Assembly (NCBI GenBank): GCA_044347565.1
Contig: JBIKUN010000003.1
Location: 13,332-77,331, forward strand
DNA from: Vicinamibacterales bacterium
GTDB lineage: Bacteria > Acidobacteriota > Vicinamibacteria > Vicinamibacterales > UBA2999
Direction: 5' to 3'
Length of the DNA: 64,000 bases
Shown here: in pieces, positions 17,685-25,929 of the stretch
Layout of the letters: every line of letters starts with the position of its first letter
How positions within the stretch are numbered: position 1 is the stretch's first letter
The notes under the pieces: generated by a model
Database searches by the model: none
What the model was told of the DNA's origin: nothing
What the model saw: the letters and a program-made list of their open reading frames with translations, nothing else
Program-made: the position numbers and the translations under genes

Positions 17685-18377
17685 ATGCGGATCGCGCCCC
17701 TCAGGCCCGCACTCGCCGGCGTGTGGCTGGCCCTGGCGCTCGCGCTGTGCATGCTCGTGCCGGTGGGGGCGGTGGACGCCCATCTCGACGCCGATGCCAT
17801 CGACCAGGCGATCATCTTCGCCCGTCAGGCCACCCGCGACGAGCGCCGCAGCTTCCACGATGGCTACTTCCGGCTGTCCGGCCAGGCCGTGCGCCGCATT
17901 TCGCTCGTCTCCGAGTACCGCCGCGTGGTGCTGCTCGTGGAAGAAAAGATGCGGATCCTCGACCGCAACTACGGCGTGCGGCAGATGACCGACATGCTCA
18001 AGCCGTGGCGCGGCCTGCTTGAGGTGATCGTCGAGCTGCAGTTCCACCCGCAGAACAACTACGTGGGTGTGCCGCTCATCGACGTGCTGCTCGTACCGCT
18101 CGATGGCGCCGGCACGCCGATGCCGCTCGTGGCCGACTTCACCGACCGCCGGCCCCGGTTCGGCCTGTTCTGGGATCCACCGCCGATGGACGCCCCGTGG
18201 TGGCCCTTCCCGCCCCCGTACGTGCCGGTCATCACCGGCAGCGAGCCGCTGACGGGCGGCTGGGTGCACGCCCGCTTCGACGCCCGCCCGCTCGCGCGCG
18301 GCCGCTACGAGGTGGTTGTGAAAGACGGGGCCGCCACCTTCGGCAAGGGCACGTTCGACCTGGGCGCCCTTCGATAG
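17685..18377 (+). CDS. Hypothetical secreted protein
   Basis: ATG 17685 lies 9 nt after TATCCT (17670-17675). The signal-like N-terminus is MRIAPLRPALAGVWLALALALCML. I recognise no family. The upstream part of ORF 16815-18377 is antisense to the SDR gene and was discarded. Confidence 0.5.
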   Translation: MRIAPLRPALAGVWLALALALCMLVPVGAVDAHLDADAIDQAIIFARQATRDERRSFHDGYFRLSGQAVRRISLVSEYRRVVLLVEEKMRILDRNYGVRQMTDMLKPWRGLLEVIVELQFHPQNNYVGVPLIDVLLVPLDGAGTPMPLVADFTDRRPRFGLFWDPPPMDAPWWPFPPPYVPVITGSEPLTGGWVHARFDARPLARGRYEVVVKDGAATFGKGTFDLGALR

Positions 18378-18395
18378 CGCGTCAGCGAGACACGC

Positions 18396-18445
18396 CCCAG
18401 CCCCCAGCCCCTAGCCCCCAGCCCCCAAGTAAGGGACAATCCCCC
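18396..18445. repeat. C-run tract on the + strand (CCCC AG CCCCC AG CCCC TAG CCCCC AG CCCCC ... CCCCC), giving G4-5 runs on the - strand
   Basis: Read directly from the sequence. C-runs are at 18396-18399, 18402-18406, 18409-18412, 18416-18420, 18423-18427 and 18441-18445. The tract fills the 68-nt gap between the stop at 18377 and the ktrB GTG at 18446. Confidence 0.85.
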
Positions 18446-19798
18446 GTGGTCCGTCGGCGCGCGCTGTCGCCCTCCCAATTCCTCGCCTTCAGCTTCCTCG
18501 GGATCATTGCCGTGGGCGGCGTGCTGCTGGCACTCCCGGTGTCGGCGGCCGACGGCCGCCATGTGTCGCTGCTCGACGCCTTCTTCACCTCGGTGTCGGC
18601 GGTGTGCGTGACCGGCCTCATCACCCTCGACACGCCGGTCGACTTCTCGACCTTCGGCCAGGTCGTGATCCTGCTCCTCATCCAGGCGGGCGGCCTGGGG
18701 TACATGACGATGAGCACCGTGCTCGTCGCAGCGCTCGGACGCAGCGTGACGCTGCAGGAACGACTGACCCTGCAGGAAGCGCTCAACGCGCAGGACATGG
18801 AAGGCCTCGTGCGCTTCGCCGGCACGGTGCTGAAGCTCACGCTCGCCTTCGAACTCACCGGCGCGCTCATCCTCACCCTCTGGTGGTCGTCCACACTCGG
18901 CGCCGGCACGGCTGCGTGGTACGGTCTCTTCCATGCCGTCTCGGCCTTCAACAACGCCGGCTTCGCGCTGTGGAGCGACAACCTGATGTCGTGGCGCGGT
19001 GACCTCGTCGTGAACCTCGTCATCACGGTGCTCATCATCGCCGGCGGGCTCGGCTTCTTCGTCTGGGCGGAGCTGCTGGCACGGCATCGGCGCACCGTGA
19101 AGCTCTCGGTGCACACGCGGCTCGTGCTCGCGGCCACCGGCGCGCTGCTCGTCGGCGGCACCGTGATGCTGCTCGCGCTCGAGTGGAACAACCCGCGCAC
19201 ACTCGCCACGCTGCCGTTCGGCGAGAAGGTGCTCGCGGCGTGGTTCCAGTCGGTCACGACACGCACGGCCGGCTTCAACACGCTCGACATCGGCGCCATG
19301 ACGGTGCCCTCGCTCTTCGTGATGATGGCGCTCATGTTCATCGGCGCGTCGCCAGGCGGCACCGGCGGCGGCGTGAAGACCTCGACGTTCTCGATCACGC
19401 TGGCGGCGCTCTGGGCCACCGTGCGCGGCGAGAACGACACGGTGATCTACAAACGCCGGCTGGCGCCGGAGCTCGTGGCCAAGGCCTTCTTCGTGTCGCT
19501 CATCGCCTTCGTCACGATGAACTCGGTGGCCTGGGTGCTGCTGCTCACCGAGGGGCGCGATCTGCTGAAGACCCTCTTCGAAACCACGTCCGCTTTCGGC
19601 ACGGTGGGTCTCTCCATGGGAGAGAACGGCGCGCCGGTGAGCCTCGCGGCTTTCTTCTCCCCGGCCGGCAAGCTGCTCATCATGCTGATGATGTTCGTCG
19701 GCCGCCTCGGGCCGCTCACACTCGCCATCGCCGTGGCGCGCCGCGGCGCGGCGCAGGCGAAGCTCCGGTATCCAGAAGGCAAGATTCTCGTCGGGTAG
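18446..19798 (+). CDS. ktrB: K+ transporter membrane subunit, TrkH/KtrB family
   Basis: The start is GTG 18446. Matching segments are LSPSQFLAFSFLGIIAVGG..., SAVCVTGL, FNNAGFAL, TRTAGFNT and TSAFGTVGLS, which are the four selectivity-filter-like MPM repeats with a conserved Gly. Confidence 0.85.
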   Translation: MVRRRALSPSQFLAFSFLGIIAVGGVLLALPVSAADGRHVSLLDAFFTSVSAVCVTGLITLDTPVDFSTFGQVVILLLIQAGGLGYMTMSTVLVAALGRSVTLQERLTLQEALNAQDMEGLVRFAGTVLKLTLAFELTGALILTLWWSSTLGAGTAAWYGLFHAVSAFNNAGFALWSDNLMSWRGDLVVNLVITVLIIAGGLGFFVWAELLARHRRTVKLSVHTRLVLAATGALLVGGTVMLLALEWNNPRTLATLPFGEKVLAAWFQSVTTRTAGFNTLDIGAMTVPSLFVMMALMFIGASPGGTGGGVKTSTFSITLAALWATVRGENDTVIYKRRLAPELVAKAFFVSLIAFVTMNSVAWVLLLTEGRDLLKTLFETTSAFGTVGLSMGENGAPVSLAAFFSPAGKLLIMLMMFVGRLGPLTLAIAVARRGAAQAKLRYPEGKILVG

Positions 19799-19803
19799 CA
19801 CAC

Positions 19804-20499
19804 ATGGCCAAACGGACATTCGCGGTGATCGGTCTCGGGCGCTTCGGCGCCGCGATGGCCACGACGCTCTCGCAGCTCGGGCACGAGGTCATCGGCATCG
19901 ACGGCGACGACGACCGGGTGACATCACTCGCCGATCAGGTGTCGCAGACCGTCAAGCTCGATGCCACCGACGAACGCGCGCTGCGCGCCGCCGGCATCCA
20001 GGACGTCGACGTCGCGGTGGTCTCGATCGGCGAGAACATCGAGTCGAGCCTGCTCGTCGTGACGCTCGTGAAGGAGCTCGGCATCGACAACATCGTCGCC
20101 AAGGCGGTCACGCCGCTGCACGGCCGCATCCTGGAGAAACTCGGTGTGACGCGCGTCGTGTTCCCCGAACGGGAAATGGCCGTGCGCATCGCGCACAGCC
20201 TCGTCATCCCGAACGTGCTCGACTACATCGAGCTCTCGGGCGACTTCTCGATCGTCGAGGTGCCGGCGCCGGCGGAGTTCTTCGGCAAGACGCTGCGCGA
20301 CATCGGCCTCCGCGCCCGCTTCGGCCTCACCACCATCGCCATCAAGCGCACGTCGAAGACCGGCCACGGCGACTTCACCACGGTGTCGCCAGGTCCCGAC
20401 GACGTCGTGCAGCCCGGCGACACGCTGGCCCTCCTCGGCAGCAACGAGCGTCTGGGCCAGCTCGAGAAGATGCTGAAGTCGGCCAAGGCGCCGCACTAA
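19804..20499 (+). CDS. ktrA: K+ transporter regulatory subunit with RCK N- and C-domains, KtrA/TrkA family
   Basis: The Rossmann motif is FAVIGLGRFGAAMA. The 231-aa size is typical of KtrA. The RCK_C segment is FSIVEVPAPAEFFGKTLRDIGLRARFGLTTIAIKR. The ATG lies 5 nt after the ktrB stop. Confidence 0.85.
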   Translation: MAKRTFAVIGLGRFGAAMATTLSQLGHEVIGIDGDDDRVTSLADQVSQTVKLDATDERALRAAGIQDVDVAVVSIGENIESSLLVVTLVKELGIDNIVAKAVTPLHGRILEKLGVTRVVFPEREMAVRIAHSLVIPNVLDYIELSGDFSIVEVPAPAEFFGKTLRDIGLRARFGLTTIAIKRTSKTGHGDFTTVSPGPDDVVQPGDTLALLGSNERLGQLEKMLKSAKAPH

Positions 20500-20513
20500 G
20501 CGGGACGGGCGCG

Positions 20514-20560
20514 CTTACGGTCCACGTAAGGCATTTCGGTCCGCGTAAGCGGCCGGACCG
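20514..20560 (+). terminator. Two consecutive hairpins downstream of ktrA
   Basis: Hairpin 1 is CTTACG (20514-20519) with CGTAAG (20525-20530), followed by GCATTT. Hairpin 2 is CGGTCCG (20537-20543) with CGGACCG (20554-20560), followed by CATTCTTG. Confidence 0.45.
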
Positions 20561-20684
20561 CATTCTTGCGTTCAGCGGCGGGAAATGCGGCAGATTGTCG
20601 CAGCCGGCGTCTGGCGCGAATCGTGCGATCAAAGGGGTCCTGCCGCGGACGTCCCTGCTTCGACGCCGGCAAAGGAGATTCCCC

Positions 20685-21170
20685 ATGCGACGAGTGATGA
20701 TGAACGTGGCGGCCGCGGCGGCCCTGGTGCTCGGCACGAGCGCCCTGGCGAGCGCGCAGACGATCCGGCTGACGGCCGTGCTTTCGGGTTCGAACGAAAC
20801 GCCCGCCATCGTCGTGACCGGCGCCACCGGTACTGCTGAGGTCTTCGTGAACCTGGCGACCCAGGCCGTGACCTACACGGTGAACGTGTTCAACCTGCCG
20901 AGCGGCGCCGTGGGCGGTCACTTCCACGTGGGTGGTCCGGGTGCCGGCGGTCCGGTCGTGGTCGATCTGGCGCCGCCCGCCAACATCTCCAACGACTTCA
21001 CGCTGACCGGCACGGTGTCGCAGTCGGCGCTGCGCGTGCGCGCCGATCAGGGCATCCGCACATGGGAAGACTTCATCCAGGCGCTCGTCGGCGGCCAGGT
21101 GTACGTAAACATCCACAGCGCGGTGAACCCGGGCGGCGAAACGCGCGGCCAGCTCACGGTCACCCCGTAA
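20685..21170 (+). CDS. Secreted CHRD domain protein
   Basis: SD AAAGGAG precedes the ATG, and there is a signal peptide. Matching segments are LSGSNETP...[17 protein letters not shown] and [18 protein letters not shown]. Confidence 0.75.
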   Translation: MRRVMMNVAAAAALVLGTSALASAQTIRLTAVLSGSNETPAIVVTGATGTAEVFVNLATQAVTYTVNVFNLPSGAVGGHFHVGGPGAGGPVVVDLAPPANISNDFTLTGTVSQSALRVRADQGIRTWEDFIQALVGGQVYVNIHSAVNPGGETRGQLTVTP

Positions 21171-21188
21171 ATCGACGTTCTCAGTTTT

Positions 21189-21226
21189 CGCCGGTGTAGC
21201 CCGCGTCTTCGCGGGTTGCACCGGCG
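21189..21226 (+). terminator. GC-rich nested hairpin after the CHRD gene
   Basis: The outer stem is CGCCGGTG with CACCGGCG. The inner stem is CCCGCG-TCTT-CGCGGG. There is no clear U-tract. Confidence 0.4.
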
Positions 21227-21254
21227 CTCGTGCGTACGGCCATATGGGCACAGG

Positions 21255-21260
21255 TATACT
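21255..21260 (+). promoter_or_regulatory. Candidate -10 box TATACT, 10 nt upstream of ATG 21271 (no SD)
   Basis: The sequence is GGTATACTCGacgacgcgATG, and the same GTATACTCG core is repeated at 22010. Confidence 0.45.
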
Positions 21261-21270
21261 CGACGACGCG

Positions 21271-21990
21271 ATGAAGCTGTCGGTCGTCATGCCGTGCTAC
21301 AACGAACGCGCCACGATCCGCGAGATCGTCGGCCAGGTACAGGCCGTGGACCTCGGCGGCGTCGCGCTCGAGATCGTCATCGTCGATGATGGCTCGAAGG
21401 ACGGCACCCGCGACATCCTCGCCGGGCTCGACGGCACCGGCGGCGTGCGCGTGCTGCTGCAGCCGGTGAATCAGGGCAAGGGCGCGGCGGTCGCCCGCGG
21501 CTTCCGCGAAGCCACCGGCGACATCGTCATCATCCAGGATGCCGACCTCGAGTACGACCCGCGCGAGTACCCGCTGTTGCTCCGCCCGATCCTCGAAGGC
21601 AAAGCCGACGTGGTGTATGGGTCGCGGTTCCTCGGCGCCCAGGGCGGCCACCGCGTGCTCTACTTCTGGCACTCGGTCGGCAACAAGCTGCTGACGCTGC
21701 TCTCGAACGCCATCACCGATCTGAACATGACCGACATGGAGACCTGCTACAAGGTCTTCCGCCGCGAGATCGCCGAGCGGCTCGACGTGCAGTCGCGCGA
21801 CTTCGGCATCGAGCCCGAGATCACCTGCAAGATCGCGCGGATGCGGGCACGGGTGTTCGAGGTGCCGATTTCGTACAACGGCCGCACCTACGAAGAGGGC
21901 AAGAAGATCGGCCTGAAGGACGCCTTCAAGGCCGTCTACACGCTGGCGCGTTTCGCGCGCTGGACGCCGCCCCCCGGCACGTCGCGCTGA
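21271..21990 (+). CDS. Family 2 glycosyltransferase (polyprenyl-phosphate sugar synthase-like, DPM1/ArnC/GtrB type), GT domain only
   Basis: Motifs are [27 protein letters not shown] (DxD) and GSRF. The C-terminal amphipathic segment is [16 protein letters not shown]. Confidence 0.85.
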   Translation: MKLSVVMPCYNERATIREIVGQVQAVDLGGVALEIVIVDDGSKDGTRDILAGLDGTGGVRVLLQPVNQGKGAAVARGFREATGDIVIIQDADLEYDPREYPLLLRPILEGKADVVYGSRFLGAQGGHRVLYFWHSVGNKLLTLLSNAITDLNMTDMETCYKVFRREIAERLDVQSRDFGIEPEITCKIARMRARVFEVPISYNGRTYEEGKKIGLKDAFKAVYTLARFARWTPPPGTSR

Positions 21991-22010
21991 TCTCCGGGCG
22001 CCAGCCCACG

Positions 22011-22016
22011 TATACT
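22011..22016 (+). promoter_or_regulatory. Candidate -10 box TATACT, 11 nt upstream of ATG 22028 (no SD)
   Basis: This is the duplicate of the 21255 box inside the tandem repeat. Confidence 0.45.
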
Positions 22017-22027
22017 CGGCGGCTGAG

Positions 22028-23431
22028 ATGACGCTCACCGTCGTGATGCCCTGCTACAACGAGCAGGCCACCATCCGTGACATCGTCGCCAAGGTCCAGT
22101 CCGTGGACCTCGGGGGCATCGGCCTGGAACTCCTTATCGTCGACGACGGCTCGAAGGACGGCACGCGCGACATTCTCGCCGAACTCGACGGCACCGGCGG
22201 CGTGCGCGTGCTGCTCCAGCCGGTGAACCGGGGCAAAGGCGCGGCCGTCGCCCGCGGCTTCCGCGAGTCCACCGGCGACATCATCCTCATCCAGGACGCC
22301 GACCTCGAATACGACCCGCACGAGTATCCGCGCCTGCTGCAGCCGATTCTCAAGGGCAAAGCCGACGTGGTCTACGGCTCGCGGTTCCTCGGCACGAGCC
22401 GCGGCCACCGGGTGTTGTACTTCTGGCACTCGATCGGCAACCGGCTGCTGACGCTGCTGTCGAACGCCATCACCGACCTGAACCTGACCGACATGGAGAC
22501 CTGCTACAAGGTTTTCGTGCGCGACGTCGCGCAGCGGCTCGACCTGCAGTCGCGCGACTTCGGCATCGAACCGGAGATCACCTGCAAGGTCGCCCGCATG
22601 GGCGCGCGCGTCTACGAGGTGCCGATCTCGTACAACGGCCGCACCTACGAAGAAGGCAAGAAGATCGGCCTGAAGGACGCCTTCAAGGCCGTCTACACGC
22701 TGCTGCGTTTCGCGCGCTGGGAAGCGCCCGACGACGACATCGGCGCCCGCACGCTGCGCCGCATGGCGGGGCTCACCGCCTACAACAAGTGGCTGCACGA
22801 CCGCTTCGACGCCTTCCTCGGCACGCGCATTCTCGAGGTGGGATCGGGCGTGGGCAACCAGACGCGCTACTTCGCGGATCGCGAGCGCGTCGTCGCCTCG
22901 GACATCGAGGCGCACTACCTGCGCGAGCTGCGGCGGCGCTTCGACGACAAGGCGCACGTGCGCGTGGCCTCGTTCTCGTTCCCGCTGTCGGATGCCGACC
23001 GTGCGGACCTCAGGGCCGAGCACATCGACTCGATCGTCTGCATGAACGTGCTCGAGCACATCAAGGAAGACCGCGAGACGCTCAGCGATTTCGCGTCGGT
23101 GCTCGATCCGGGCGGCCGGATGGTGCTGCTCGTGCCGTCGATGCCGTCGCTCTACGGCACGCTCGACGAGGCACTGCGGCACTTCCGCCGCTACGACAAG
23201 GCCGGGCTGAGACAGCTCGTGACCTGCTGCGGCTTCGACGTGCAGGAGATTCGCTTCCTGAACCGGCTCGGCGTCGCCGGCTGGTGGCTCAACTCACGTC
23301 TGCTGAAGCGCCGTGTGCTGCCCAGGGGGCAGCTGGCCGCGTTCAAGTGGTTCATGCCCCTCCTGAGGCTCGAGGAGAAGAATCCGCCGAGCTTCGGCAT
23401 GTCGCTCCTGGTGCTCGCCACCAGGCGGTAG
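22028..23431 (+). CDS. Bifunctional family 2 glycosyltransferase / class I SAM-dependent methyltransferase fusion
   Basis: The N-terminal 235 aa are paralogous to 21271-21990. The C-terminal part has the SAM motif [12 protein letters not shown], then [15 protein letters not shown] and [10 protein letters not shown]. Confidence 0.85.
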   Translation: MTLTVVMPCYNEQATIRDIVAKVQSVDLGGIGLELLIVDDGSKDGTRDILAELDGTGGVRVLLQPVNRGKGAAVARGFRESTGDIILIQDADLEYDPHEYPRLLQPILKGKADVVYGSRFLGTSRGHRVLYFWHSIGNRLLTLLSNAITDLNLTDMETCYKVFVRDVAQRLDLQSRDFGIEPEITCKVARMGARVYEVPISYNGRTYEEGKKIGLKDAFKAVYTLLRFARWEAPDDDIGARTLRRMAGLTAYNKWLHDRFDAFLGTRILEVGSGVGNQTRYFADRERVVASDIEAHYLRELRRRFDDKAHVRVASFSFPLSDADRADLRAEHIDSIVCMNVLEHIKEDRETLSDFASVLDPGGRMVLLVPSMPSLYGTLDEALRHFRRYDKAGLRQLVTCCGFDVQEIRFLNRLGVAGWWLNSRLLKRRVLPRGQLAAFKWFMPLLRLEEKNPPSFGMSLLVLATRR

Positions 23432-23435
23432 CCCG

Positions 23436-25097
23436 ATGGCCCAGCCGAGACGTGCCTGGCCTCGCGGAAGCGGCATCGTCAGCGGCTACGCGCTGCTCGG
23501 CGCCTGGATCACCTGGCCGCTCGTGACGCGGGCCGGCACGTCCATCGCCGGTGACTTCGGCGACCCCGTGTTCGTGGCCTGGGTGATGGCCTGGGTGTCC
23601 GATCACCTCACGGCGATGCTCGGGGGCGACCTCGGCGCATGGGCGGCGATGTGGAATGCGCCGATCTTCGCGCCCGAGTCGTCCACGCTCGCGTATTCCG
23701 ACAACTTCATAGCGCAGGGCGTGCAGGCGCTGCCGGTGTGGTGGGCCACGCACAATCCCCTGCTCGCCTACAACACGCTCTACCTGCTGACGATGACGCT
23801 CACGGGCGTGGCCGCGCACGGACTCGCCGTGCGTCTGTCGGGGCGGCACGTGGCCGGAGCGGTGGCCGGCGTGCTCTGCATGCTGAACGACTACCGGACG
23901 TTCTGGGCACTGAGCCACCTGCAGATTCTGTCGATCCACTGGTGGCTGTTCGGCCTGTGGGGCCTCGATGTCTTCATCGGCACGGGCTCGCGAAGGGCGC
24001 TGGCCGGGGCGGCGGCCGCGCTGGTCATGCTGCACCTGTCGTCGAGTTACCTGATGGCGTACTGCGCGCCGTTCACGGCCGCGTTCGCGGTCTGGTCGCT
24101 CGCGCGTCACGGCCGCCTGCGTGACGCCTCGGCCTGGGCGGGCGTCGCGGGCGCTGGCCTGCTGTCGGTCGCCGCCGTGCTGCCGGTGGTATGGCGGTAT
24201 CTGGCCACGCGCCAGGCGCTCGGTTTCGAGCGTTCGCTCGAGGAAACCAGCGCGAACTCGGCCACATTTGCCGCCTACGGTGCGGCGATGCCGTGGATCG
24301 CACCGCTCGTGCTGCTGGCGCTTGCCGGTGCGCTCGCACCGGCGGCCGCGGCGGGCGGCCTGACACGGCGGGCGCGCTGGGGTCTCGTCGCCTTCGCCAT
24401 CGTGGCCGGCGTGCTGGCGATGGGTCCGGCGATTCGGCTCGACGGCGACGTCTACACGGGCCCGTATCTGTGGCTGCGGGACGCGATACCGGGGTTCGAT
24501 GGCCTGCGTGTGCCGCACCGCTTCGTCGCCATCGCCGCGACGCTGCTCTCGCTGCTCGGCGGCATCGGCGCCGCCTGGCTGGCGCGCTGGCGTCTGGCGC
24601 TCGTGCCGGTGGCTGTGGCGGTGGCACTCGTGACGCGCACCGGCTGGCACGCACCGTTCCCGATCGACCGGGCGCTGACGCCAGACACGCTCGCGGCCAC
24701 GCCGGCCTACCTGCGCCCGCACGCGTCACTGCCGCGCATCTATCAGTTCGTGGCCACCACGCCGCGCGATGCCGTGATCGCCGAGTTGCCGTTCGGCGAG
24801 CGTGGCTACGAGATCCGCTACACCTTCTTCACGGCCGGACACCGGCGGCGCGTGCTCAACGGCTACAGCGGCGTGCTGCCGCCGAGCTACGAGGCACGCC
24901 GTGCGGTGCTGGCGGCGCCGCTCGGGAATCGGGAGGCCGCGTGGGCCGCGCTGGCGCCGGCCACGCACGTGATCGTGCACGAGCAGGCCTGGCGCGACGA
25001 CACCGGCACACGCGTGCGGGCCTGGCTCGACGGGCGCGGCGCGCGCGTGGTGGCCAGCGCCGACGGCGCGTGGCTCTACGCGTTGCCGACGCGCTGA
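23436..25097 (+). CDS. Polytopic membrane protein, GT-C-like (YfhO/ArnT-style) candidate glycosyltransferase
   Basis: There are about 11 hydrophobic helices. The first-loop acidic motif is GDFGDPVFVAWVMAW, and the C-terminal soluble domain carries NGYSGVLPPSY. It is a paralog of 28339-30315. I cannot confirm the family assignment. Confidence 0.55.
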   Translation: MAQPRRAWPRGSGIVSGYALLGAWITWPLVTRAGTSIAGDFGDPVFVAWVMAWVSDHLTAMLGGDLGAWAAMWNAPIFAPESSTLAYSDNFIAQGVQALPVWWATHNPLLAYNTLYLLTMTLTGVAAHGLAVRLSGRHVAGAVAGVLCMLNDYRTFWALSHLQILSIHWWLFGLWGLDVFIGTGSRRALAGAAAALVMLHLSSSYLMAYCAPFTAAFAVWSLARHGRLRDASAWAGVAGAGLLSVAAVLPVVWRYLATRQALGFERSLEETSANSATFAAYGAAMPWIAPLVLLALAGALAPAAAAGGLTRRARWGLVAFAIVAGVLAMGPAIRLDGDVYTGPYLWLRDAIPGFDGLRVPHRFVAIAATLLSLLGGIGAAWLARWRLALVPVAVAVALVTRTGWHAPFPIDRALTPDTLAATPAYLRPHASLPRIYQFVATTPRDAVIAELPFGERGYEIRYTFFTAGHRRRVLNGYSGVLPPSYEARRAVLAAPLGNREAAWAALAPATHVIVHEQAWRDDTGTRVRAWLDGRGARVVASADGAWLYALPTR

Positions 25098-25116
25098 GGG
25101 CGGGCAGACAGGGCCC

Positions 25117-25154
25117 GAAATGAAAACGGCCGGTGAGGCGTGAGCCCCACCGGC
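25117..25154 (-). terminator. Rho-independent terminator of the OmpA-family gene
   Basis: On the - strand the stem is GGCCGGTG with CACCGGCC (25127-25134 and 25147-25154), followed by GTTTTCATTTC (complement of 25117-25126). Confidence 0.6.
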
Positions 25155-25179
25155 CGCGGTCGAGCGATCCAGCGCGCGC

Positions 25180-25866
25180 TTACGCGAGTACCTTGATGAC
25201 GACGCGACGGTTCTGCGAACGGTTCGCGCGGTTCTTGTTGTCCTGCACGGGCTTCTCTTCACCGAAGCTGATGGCGTTCATCTTGTGCAGCGGCACCTGG
25301 TGCTGCTCGTAGAGATACCGCTTCACGGCTTCGGCGCGTTCGAGGCCGAGGCGCTCGTTGTAGGCGGCCTCGCCGACGTTGTCGGTGTGGCCTTCGATCT
25401 CCACCCAGATCGCCGACTTCTGCGACTTCACCTGCGCCACCATCTGGTCGAGGGCGGCCTTGGCTTCATCCGAGAGCTTCGCAATGCCGCTCTTGAACTT
25501 CGCCTGGTCGTCGGTCAGGACGGTTTCGAAGATGAGCTTCCTGGTGGACGCTTCGACGGCCTCCGCCCTGGCGACCGCCTGCTTGCCCACTTCCATGGCC
25601 TGCGTGCCGGTCTGCTGCGCGGCCATCGCGTTCTTGTCGGCGGTCTGGGCGGCCTGGCCGGCCTGCACGGCCTTGCTGTCGACCTCGCCGATCTTCTGTT
25701 CGGCGACGCGGACGCGCTCCTGCGTTTCCTCGAGCGACTTGCCGAGGGTGGTCACCTTGTCGTTCACCTGGCCGACTTCGGTGCGCACGAACTTCTTGGT
25801 GGCGCAGGCCGGGGCGACGGCGAGAGTTACAGCAAAGCAGCTGACTACGAAAATGGACTTCGTCAT
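25180..25866 (-). CDS. OmpA-family peptidoglycan-binding lipoprotein with an N-terminal coiled-coil
   Basis: SD GGAGGA precedes the ATG. The lipobox is LAVAPAC. A heptad-like A/Q/E/K-rich region follows. The OmpA_C segment is IEGHTDNVGEAAYNERLGLERAEAVKRYL...NRRVVIKV. Confidence 0.85.
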   Translation of the reverse strand: MTKSIFVVSCFAVTLAVAPACATKKFVRTEVGQVNDKVTTLGKSLEETQERVRVAEQKIGEVDSKAVQAGQAAQTADKNAMAAQQTGTQAMEVGKQAVARAEAVEASTRKLIFETVLTDDQAKFKSGIAKLSDEAKAALDQMVAQVKSQKSAIWVEIEGHTDNVGEAAYNERLGLERAEAVKRYLYEQHQVPLHKMNAISFGEEKPVQDNKNRANRSQNRRVVIKVLA

Positions 25867-25929
25867 GGTGTGGGTCCTCCTGAGACGCCGTTCCTGCTAG
25901 TGGATTTCCAGGGCCACTAGAACTTCTTG

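Larger units (their letters stand above)
21255..22719 (+). repeat. Tandem duplication (period 757 bp) of a GT2 gene together with its TATACT promoter box
   Basis: Copy 1 is about 21255-21962 and copy 2 about 22011-22719. The encoded proteins are roughly 80-85% identical by eye. Similarity ends right after the shared ...TTCGCGCGCTGG. Confidence 0.85.

Noticed and set aside
18378-18445. Possible c-di-AMP (ydaO/kimA-type) riboswitch upstream of ktrB.
   Set aside because: The spacer is only 68 nt and consists almost entirely of C-runs. It has no room for, or resemblance to, the ~130-nt pseudo-symmetric ydaO fold.
25897-25920. Hairpin CTAGTGG-10 nt-CCACTAG between the VWA stop and the OmpA start (minus strand), considered as a terminator.
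   Set aside because: There is no U-tract on the transcribed strand, and it sits only ~30 nt before the OmpA SD. It could equally be an intercistronic processing or stability element, so the evidence is insufficient to call it.
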